Positions 56,681 through 64,000 of a stretch of DNA of 64,000 nt are shown one piece after another; positions within the stretch are counted from its first letter, which is position 1, and every line of letters begins with the position of its first letter. The stretch is from IMG/VR virus record IMGVR_UViG_3300021431_004083, positions 96,001 through 160,000 of that record; one strand, written 5' to 3'. The notes under the pieces are model-generated. The model was not told the DNA's origin and did not search any database. It saw nothing but the letters and a program-made list of their open reading frames with translations. Made by a program: the position numbers and the translations under genes. This DNA is from a virus (Duplodnaviria; Caudoviricetes).

Positions 56681-57418
56681 ATGGACAAAATCATCTTGTC
56701 AAACAAAGATATCGAGTTTATCTTTGCATGGAAAGAAAAAAACAAAGATAAAGTGAGAAGCTGCCGCATCCCGCTTAAAGCTCTGAAATTCATTTTCTCC
56801 GAACAGAGCATCGTCATGACCGCTGTTGTCGACGATAAAGAAAATCTGACATTAACAGTCAATCGTTTCGGGAAAAATATCGGAAAAATCAAAGGAAAAA
56901 TTCTGATGGAAGACGAAGGGAGCTTCATCTACATCAACAAAAATACCGTTGATATACTGAAAATCCTATCGCCGCAAACCGCCGCTGAAATAGCGGAAAA
57001 AGCGACAGGTAAACGATATTATACCGAAAAAGATATTCGCGACGCGGCAAACGACTCTTACACAAAAGACCTCATCACATTATATGCGACAACAATGGCC
57101 TTGATGGTTTACGGTGTTGAAGAAATCAATCCTGATAATTTGAAAACAGCAACCAAAAAAGTAAACACCGGAAATCTCAAAAGTAAGAAAAATGCGTCAA
57201 AAAAGAAAAAGGAAAGCATCATCTATATCTTATCAAAGCAAAAACAAACAGGAAAGCCTGTCATAAAAGCAAAAGGTTCTCGTGCAAAACCCGAAACGAG
57301 CTTTGGTGTAAGAGGACACTTCCGTCACTACAAAAACGGAAAAGTCGTATGGATTGACGCTTATGTCAAGAACAAAAAAGAAGGAAAATCCCTAAAAGAC
57401 AAAACGTACAAATTATAA
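56681..57418 (+). CDS. Phage-type hypothetical protein with RGHFR motif
   Basis: Basic C-terminus VRGHFRHYKNGKVVWIDAYVK. Confidence 0.75.
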   Translation: MDKIILSNKDIEFIFAWKEKNKDKVRSCRIPLKALKFIFSEQSIVMTAVVDDKENLTLTVNRFGKNIGKIKGKILMEDEGSFIYINKNTVDILKILSPQTAAEIAEKATGKRYYTEKDIRDAANDSYTKDLITLYATTMALMVYGVEEINPDNLKTATKKVNTGNLKSKKNASKKKKESIIYILSKQKQTGKPVIKAKGSRAKPETSFGVRGHFRHYKNGKVVWIDAYVKNKKEGKSLKDKTYKL

Positions 57419-57607
57419 AAACACAATTCAATTCAAAATGACAACACGAATAACACTAAAGGAGATATCCGCCCGTAAAGCGACGGGCGGATGTCATTTG
57501 TGGAGATGAATTTGTGTAAAACTGTGCGAAAGGCTCATGTTATAAGTTCATGAACCATCGACACTGAATCAAAGTAAAAAAAAAAAGAAAGGACGTTCAA
57601 ATCAATT

Positions 57608-58864
57608 ATGAAGTTCAATAACGCGTTTACGGATTTCGTTCGTACATGCCTCAAGGCAAAAACGATTCCTTTCCTACTGGGTGAACCCGGTATCGGAAAA
57701 TCCTCATGGATAGAAACACTGGCAAAAGACATGCACACACGCTGTTTCGTTGTGGCATGTAACCAGCTCGGCGATGTTGCCGACCTGACGGGCGCAAGGC
57801 CCATCAAAGACACTGATGCCGTCACCAATAAGGACGGTACGGTCAGCTACGTAGAGAACGGAGAATGGAAACAGACATTCTTCCCCCATATCACCATTCA
57901 CGACGCCATCAAATATGCGGAAAGCCATCCGCGTGAAACGCCGATTCTGTTCCTTGACGAAATCAACAGAACAACAAGCGACATCACATCGGCGCTGCTG
58001 AGCTTACCGACCGCAAGAAAAATCGGCGACAAAACGCTGCCTCCCAACTTGCAGATCATCATCGCGGGCAACAACAAGGGAAACATCACTGTGCTCGATA
58101 GCGCGTCGATTACCCGATTCGTACCCGTGACCGTTGAGCCCGACGCTTCGACGTTCTTGGCGCTCGACCAGAACCTCAATCCGTTCATCCGCCAAACACT
58201 GGAGGAACACCCCGAATGCATCTTCTGTAAGACACTCATGCAGACAACTGCTGACGATGACGACGACGAAGACGGCGGCGTAGACATTAACGAGATTCTC
58301 GACGACGGCGAACAGATGGAACAGTTCACCACACCGAGAACCATCAGCGCCCTGTCAAGATTCCTCAACGAGTGTCCGCAGGATAAGCTCCTCGAATACA
58401 CACAGTTGATGGACACGCTCACGCCTGAGCCTGTGTGTTATCTCGCGTCTATCATACAGGCATTCACCGGAAAGACGGCATTCTCCGCCTTCCTGCTCGA
58501 AAAGATTCTTTCCTCTGTCATGAACATGTCAGCAACGAATACAAACAACGGTAAAATCGCAAAGCCGCAGTGTTACGACGAACTCAAGCGTCAGACGACC
58601 ATCGACGAGTTGAACAATTATATCAACGGCATGGACAACAGAGAAAGGTCAGGCTGTCTCGCATATGCCCTGTTTGAAAGAGAAGACAACAGTATTATCA
58701 TCAAGGCGCTCGCCGCTGTCACGCCTGCTCTTGAGAGCGAAGACCTGAAAGCCCTCATGAAAGTAGCCGCAAGCGACGACGGTCTCGATGAAGAAAACGC
58801 CAAGACGCTCGCCGACACAGGTACAACGCTGGCGAACACTATCAGCTTATTGTTGAACGTATGA
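57608..58864 (+). CDS. MoxR/dynein-related AAA+ ATPase
   Basis: GEPGIGKS, LFLDEINR, AGN and ITRF. Confidence 0.9.
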   Translation: MKFNNAFTDFVRTCLKAKTIPFLLGEPGIGKSSWIETLAKDMHTRCFVVACNQLGDVADLTGARPIKDTDAVTNKDGTVSYVENGEWKQTFFPHITIHDAIKYAESHPRETPILFLDEINRTTSDITSALLSLPTARKIGDKTLPPNLQIIIAGNNKGNITVLDSASITRFVPVTVEPDASTFLALDQNLNPFIRQTLEEHPECIFCKTLMQTTADDDDDEDGGVDINEILDDGEQMEQFTTPRTISALSRFLNECPQDKLLEYTQLMDTLTPEPVCYLASIIQAFTGKTAFSAFLLEKILSSVMNMSATNTNNGKIAKPQCYDELKRQTTIDELNNYINGMDNRERSGCLAYALFEREDNSIIIKALAAVTPALESEDLKALMKVAASDDGLDEENAKTLADTGTTLANTISLLLNV

Positions 58865-58906
58865 TAAGCTGTCATACGATAAAAAGAAAGGAGAAATAAC
58901 GTCATC

Positions 58907-60568
58907 ATGATTACGGTAAATAATCAAAAACCGTCTGAACTGTCGCCGTTGATTCAGACAACCATCACAGGCGCGTACAACCCCCGTGATATGCTGAAAA
59001 CAAACATCATCAGCACGTTGTTTCAACCCTTGATTGCGAACCATCCCGTTGAAATCATCGACGGAAAAGGAAACAAACTGACAGAAGATGACGTTACCGA
59101 CTTGGTACTCGATTGCTGCGACGACACGTTAAGCCCGAACGAAGACCTCGTCAAAGAGATTTTCGGAAAAACGCTCGTCGATTATAATCGCCAAAACACA
59201 CTTCTTGTCAAAGACGTGTTTGCGATTCAATCAGCCGATAAAGAAAAGATGAAATATCCGTCGGACATCATCATCTACACACCGGCAACAGACATTATAC
59301 CCGTGTGCAAAAACTACCTCGCGGGAAACGCTTCATACGATGAATTGTTTGCCACCTTCGCCTTCTACACAAGAGCTGACTCATTGGGCATCTACTTCGC
59401 TAACGCCATCGAATTCGATGAATTCAAACAGTTCTTCACGAACAAATGTCAGATTCTCGCGCCGAACCTGACAGCCGATGTCAATCAGCTCTGCGCAGAG
59501 TTCGACAAGCTGACACTAAATGAGTTGACAGAATCGCTCATTCTGCGAAAGGATGTCGCGGATAACAACGAGGACTACTCATTCCCTCGTCTGCTTTCAT
59601 CGGCGCTGTATGAGTTCATCACAACCAACAATAACGGATTGAGCGGTATATTCCCATTCACCCTGTCAGATACGGTATGTCCTAAAACAATGATTTTCAT
59701 TAACTTGGAAAAGCACGCGCATTCTACACCTCAGGCTATCAAAAGAGAATGGCAAATCATCAATTCCAGTTTGAACATACCGATAAAGATGATTTCAGTC
59801 AACAGACTGAACAAGCTCACAGCGACAGCAAGAGCCATTGCGAAAGCACAAGCCTACGCCGTACAAGCAACAAAGCAAACCATACAAAACAACATGCAGG
59901 CCAAACAGGCTCGCATACGGTTTACCGCCAAACCGCCGTCATATCAGGACATGATTTACCGCATCAGTAAAATCATCAAAAAGATGAGTGATGTCAACAA
60001 ATCGCAAAATCCGTATAAGATGACAAAACGGACATTTGCCCGTCCGAACAGACGTGACCCTGAAGACTGCACGCGAAAAGGCAAGTCAACATCAAAACGC
60101 TTCAAGCCCGATATCCATGTCTATATCGACACATCGGGTTCCATCAGCGAAGAGAATTACAAAGAGGCAATTGCGGCGTGCATCGAGCTCGCTCGCAAAT
60201 GCAACGTCAATCTGTATTTCAATTCATTCTCACACATTCTGTCACAGACAACATTATTGCATACCAAAGATAAACCTTCGGCAGCAATCTATAAAGAATT
60301 CGAGAAAACACCAAAAGTAACAGGTTGGACAAACTTCGAACAAATCTGGCACTTCATCAACACAAGCAAAAAGCGAACAAGAGAATTTTCGCTTATCATC
60401 ACCGACTTTGAATGGTGTGCAGGCAACTACTTTGTCAAGCACCCGAAAAACCTGTACTACATTCCCTGCGCCAAAATGGACTGGCAGCGAATGAAAAGAG
60501 AAGCGGAAAAGTTCTGCAAAAGCGCAGAACACAATGACCCCAATATCAGAAAACATCTGTTATTCTGA
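58907..60568 (+). CDS. VWA-domain protein (MoxR partner)
   Basis: RPNRR; MIDAS motif DTSGS, T (GWTNF) and ITD. Confidence 0.85.
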   Translation: MITVNNQKPSELSPLIQTTITGAYNPRDMLKTNIISTLFQPLIANHPVEIIDGKGNKLTEDDVTDLVLDCCDDTLSPNEDLVKEIFGKTLVDYNRQNTLLVKDVFAIQSADKEKMKYPSDIIIYTPATDIIPVCKNYLAGNASYDELFATFAFYTRADSLGIYFANAIEFDEFKQFFTNKCQILAPNLTADVNQLCAEFDKLTLNELTESLILRKDVADNNEDYSFPRLLSSALYEFITTNNNGLSGIFPFTLSDTVCPKTMIFINLEKHAHSTPQAIKREWQIINSSLNIPIKMISVNRLNKLTATARAIAKAQAYAVQATKQTIQNNMQAKQARIRFTAKPPSYQDMIYRISKIIKKMSDVNKSQNPYKMTKRTFARPNRRDPEDCTRKGKSTSKRFKPDIHVYIDTSGSISEENYKEAIAACIELARKCNVNLYFNSFSHILSQTTLLHTKDKPSAAIYKEFEKTPKVTGWTNFEQIWHFINTSKKRTREFSLIITDFEWCAGNYFVKHPKNLYYIPCAKMDWQRMKREAEKFCKSAEHNDPNIRKHLLF

Positions 60569-60624
60569 TATTGGGGAAACCCAATCTATCCGCAAAAGAA
60601 AAAAAGAAGAAAGGAGAGCATGCT

Positions 60625-62466
60625 ATGCCTTTCAAAGATTTCAGCAACACCGCTGACAACGATAACGATAATAACGGTAACAGCGGCGGCGCAGGTATGC
60701 CTATGTTCGTACCGAACAGCAATAGCAATAACAGCGATGACGCTACAGATATGCTCATCAACTATAACGAAAAGTTCAAAACAAACAACAATGCTGTTAT
60801 GTTCCGTGATAACGTCATCAAACAGGTGCTCAGCACGCTGATAGCTTTGACGAAGCCGAATCCCTTACTGATAGGCAGCGCGGGCGTCGGCAAAACAAAA
60901 ATCGCGGAAGCGATTGCTTACGAGCTCGCAAACGACACGCAGCTTGTGCCGAAAATGCTCAAAGGGTATACGATTTACGAATTGCCGTTGGCAAATATCG
61001 TAGCGGGTTCCTCTTTTGTAGGCGACCTTGAGAGCAAAATCAAAAGCGTTATCGAATTCGCGTCTGAACCGAAAAACAAAGTTATTCTGTTCATCGATGA
61101 GATTCATCAGCTGGTCAACAGCAAACAAACCTACGGACAAATTGCCCAGATTCTGAAACCCGCACTCGCAAGAAGCGATATGAAATGTATCGGCGCGACA
61201 ACACTGCAGGAAGCGAACGACCTGATGAATGACCCCGCGCTCAACCGTCGATTCTCAAGAATTATCGTCGATGAGCTTACGAAGGAACAAACCATCGAAG
61301 TGCTCAAGTCACTCAAAGGCACATTCTTCACACATTACGGAAACAGCGTCATTATCAGCGACAATACCATCGCACAATGTGTCGAGCTTGCGACATTCTA
61401 CGCAAAAGCAGGCGCCCATAGACCTGACAACGCCATCACCTTGCTTGACAGAGCAATCGGTGAAGCCGTTATACGCAGACAAATGCTCGAAATAAAGGCG
61501 CAAAACGACCCGCAATTACAACAGGCGCTCGCAGCGACGCCGATGATAAACGTTTCCGAAAAACACCTAAAGCTCACAGCTATCCGACTGATGACAGGCA
61601 ACAACGAAAAGAACGAACTCGACATCAACGCACTCAAAAATAACCTGAGCGTAATCAAAGGACAAGACGAAGCGCTCTCTTCCGTCATCTACAAAATCAA
61701 TGAAAAAGACAAGCTGCCTGACAGTCCCGAGGATGAAAAGCCGCTTGTGTTCATGTTCGCCGGAACCTCCGGTGTGGGCAAAACGGAAACAGCCCGCATT
61801 CTGGCGAAGACAATCACCGATACGCCGCCTATCAAACTCTCAATGGCGGAATTCCATTCCCCCGCGTCAATCAACAGAATCATCGGCTCACCCGCAGGTT
61901 ATATCGGTTCCGACTCTAAAGGCGAGCTTCCGTTCGACAGTCTCGAATCAAACCCTTATCAGGTCATCATCCTTGACGAATTCGAGAAATGCGACACGAG
62001 TGTACAGCGACTGTTCATGGAGGCGTTTGACGAAGGTTTGATGAAAACGGCAAAAGGAAAAGAGATTTCCTTCAAAAAGGCGATTTTCATCGCAACAACA
62101 AACGCAGGCTTCAAAGACATCAACAGAAGCCTCGGTTTCACACAAAACGACCGCAAGCAAACGCTCAGCGACACAATACAGGCGCTCAAACCCTACTTCG
62201 ACCCCGAACTGCTCAATCGCATACAATCGAATGGCGCTATCGTCAGCTTCAACGAGATTTCGAAAGAAACCTTTGTCGAGATTCTCAAAGCGCATTACGC
62301 AAAAGAAGCGGCGCGACTGAAAAAAGCGAACCCGCGTATCAAAATAGCGGATACACTAAGCGACGATGAAGCCGAGACCTTAGCACAGAAAAACTACGTC
62401 CCTGAGTTTGGTGCTCGTCCCGTGAAAGGCGCAATAAAAAACCACATCGCTTCACTTGTATTATAA
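60625..62466 (+). CDS. Two-ring Clp/Hsp100 ATPase lacking the N-domain, with an LGF ClpP-docking loop
   Basis: GSAGVGKT, LFIDEIH, IGATT, GTSGVGKT, GSPAGYIG, TTNAG...SLGF and FGARP. Confidence 0.92.
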   Translation: MPFKDFSNTADNDNDNNGNSGGAGMPMFVPNSNSNNSDDATDMLINYNEKFKTNNNAVMFRDNVIKQVLSTLIALTKPNPLLIGSAGVGKTKIAEAIAYELANDTQLVPKMLKGYTIYELPLANIVAGSSFVGDLESKIKSVIEFASEPKNKVILFIDEIHQLVNSKQTYGQIAQILKPALARSDMKCIGATTLQEANDLMNDPALNRRFSRIIVDELTKEQTIEVLKSLKGTFFTHYGNSVIISDNTIAQCVELATFYAKAGAHRPDNAITLLDRAIGEAVIRRQMLEIKAQNDPQLQQALAATPMINVSEKHLKLTAIRLMTGNNEKNELDINALKNNLSVIKGQDEALSSVIYKINEKDKLPDSPEDEKPLVFMFAGTSGVGKTETARILAKTITDTPPIKLSMAEFHSPASINRIIGSPAGYIGSDSKGELPFDSLESNPYQVIILDEFEKCDTSVQRLFMEAFDEGLMKTAKGKEISFKKAIFIATTNAGFKDINRSLGFTQNDRKQTLSDTIQALKPYFDPELLNRIQSNGAIVSFNEISKETFVEILKAHYAKEAARLKKANPRIKIADTLSDDEAETLAQKNYVPEFGARPVKGAIKNHIASLVL

Positions 62467-62525
62467 GAAAAAAATAAAAAAGACATCAAAAACTCTGTGA
62501 AAAACAGGGAAAGGAGAAAAGCAAC

Positions 62526-64000
62526 ATGCCTGTTGATATTACCCAACTCAATAAACAGACAACACAGACAGTACAACTCTCGCCGAAGTTTTTCAACGAT
62601 AAGCTTACGGGCAAAGGCAGAAAGGTCGGCGTTCTCTCTATTCTGAGAAATCCTGCAAATCTCTCCCCTGACACGACATCCTCGCAGGAAGCATTTCGCT
62701 CCTATCGATACAAGGTACAGAACAACGGCGCGCTCTTGGAAGTGACGCCGATGTCTGTCATCTCCCGCAACATGTGGAGAAACCTGATGACAACATATTA
62801 TCATCCTGACACAGCGGAAATGACAAAACTGACCAACCTCAGTTCTGACGGTGACATCTACATTCACACCAGAATGTTTTCCGCAATGTATACGGAAACA
62901 CCGTCCATGACAAAGCACGGCTCCGTCACCAAAAAGTGGGAATTCGTTTATCAAATTTTCCTGTATCGTCTCAACGATAAAACGTCTGATAAATGCGTTA
63001 TTGTAGACGCGCTCAGAAAGCCCATGACAAAAGACGAAGTAAACAGAAATGAAGTCTGCACGTTCTTCACCGCAAATCCCGTCAAACGAATCGTCAACAT
63101 CGGAAAAACACTTCCTCTCGACTGGCAGAAGTACATCACAACAAAAATGCTGATGGACTACGCTTGCAACCTTTCTGCATTTGACCTTTGCGCAAAAGAG
63201 GTTGAACGCTGGCATAATAGCCTGCACACCGAAATCGACTGGGTTATGACAAACGCTGAAGATGACTATGACAGCGGCGTTTTCACCGTGAATGACAAAG
63301 AAGGATATGTTGTCCACGAAACAGCCCCGCCGCTCCGTTTCCTCGAAACGTACAAAGTACCGCTCGAAGAGTACAGAGAAATCTACAAGATCATCGCAAA
63401 ACACATCAAAGACACGAACGTCGTCAACAAGCTCTGTAAAAACAATCTGAATCTGCTGTTGTCAGACACGCTCAACGAGCTCAACAGCAACAGAGCGAAT
63501 TTGCAGCAAATCAACCCGAAACCGGGCGCAACTGTATCAGGAAAAAGATATTCTCCCGAACAGATAAATGCTATCACGTCAACAGAGCCGCTTGCCATCG
63601 TACAGGCAGGTGCGGGAACCGGCAAATCGACCGTCATTCTCGGCAGAATCAACTACCTCGTAAACGCCGGAGTCGACCCCAAAGACATTACGGTCCTCTC
63701 ATTCACAAACGCTGCGGCTGACCACATCAAAGAAAAGAACCCGAACGTTCATTCAATGACAATCGCTTCGATGATTAACAGCATCTACACGATGAACTTC
63801 CCCAGTCAGCAGTTATCCGATAACAAAACGATTCGCAACACTATCGACGCGTACTTCCCTGCCGGTATCGGACGTGACTCGTTTTATGATGATTTCAAGA
63901 AGCACATCCAGTGCTTCATCACAAACGATACTGACGCGTACACACGCATGAATGACTTCGTAGAAAACAACTACGACAAGGTCATCGATACACTCGAAAC
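62526..64000 (+). CDS. UvrD/PcrA-like SF1 helicase with long N-terminal extension (runs off the window; absent from the ORF track)
   Basis: ATG after aaggag; EQINAI, QAGAGTGKSTVI and LSFTNAAA in frame at about 63560-63720. Confidence 0.92.
   Translation, partial: MPVDITQLNKQTTQTVQLSPKFFNDKLTGKGRKVGVLSILRNPANLSPDTTSSQEAFRSYRYKVQNNGALLEVTPMSVISRNMWRNLMTTYYHPDTAEMTKLTNLSSDGDIYIHTRMFSAMYTETPSMTKHGSVTKKWEFVYQIFLYRLNDKTSDKCVIVDALRKPMTKDEVNRNEVCTFFTANPVKRIVNIGKTLPLDWQKYITTKMLMDYACNLSAFDLCAKEVERWHNSLHTEIDWVMTNAEDDYDSGVFTVNDKEGYVVHETAPPLRFLETYKVPLEEYREIYKIIAKHIKDTNVVNKLCKNNLNLLLSDTLNELNSNRANLQQINPKPGATVSGKRYSPEQINAITSTEPLAIVQAGAGTGKSTVILGRINYLVNAGVDPKDITVLSFTNAAADHIKEKNPNVHSMTIASMINSIYTMNFPSQQLSDNKTIRNTIDAYFPAGIGRDSFYDDFKKHIQCFITNDTDAYTRMNDFVENNYDKVIDTLE

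Overview
This window is part of a large mobile replicon (megaplasmid, phage-plasmid or jumbo phage) rather than a chromosome. The host is probably a Clostridia/Ruminococcus-like organism, judging from the dockerin, sortases and SpoVT. No virion or conjugation genes are visible, so the element type cannot be settled. Layout: (1) 0.5-12.4 kb, a minus-strand sortase-dependent pilus cluster; (2) 12.4-14 kb, a repeat- and palindrome-rich non-coding region; (3) 16-28 kb, an 'RNA island' with five canonical tRNAs (Leu, Gln, Asn, Thr, fMet-like), a tmRNA, three aberrant tRNA-like elements, about 2.5 kb of pseudoknot-rich ORF-free sequence, and a stand-alone 272-nt RNA that copies the 23S rRNA L11/thiostrepton-binding domain (H43-H44) with compensatory changes, a 208-nt structured insertion and a tRNA-like ACCA 3' end; (4) a GTACC-repeat candidate origin followed by a replication/repair set (D5-like helicase, separate primase, PolB, SSB-like protein, VRR-NUC, SNF2, RecJ-like, RarA, UNG, UvrD); (5) proteostasis and accessory genes (ClpP, an LGF-loop Clp ATPase, MoxR+VWA, SrtB module, RNase-A-like and NYN nucleases). 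All RNA folds were read by eye and no database searches were run.
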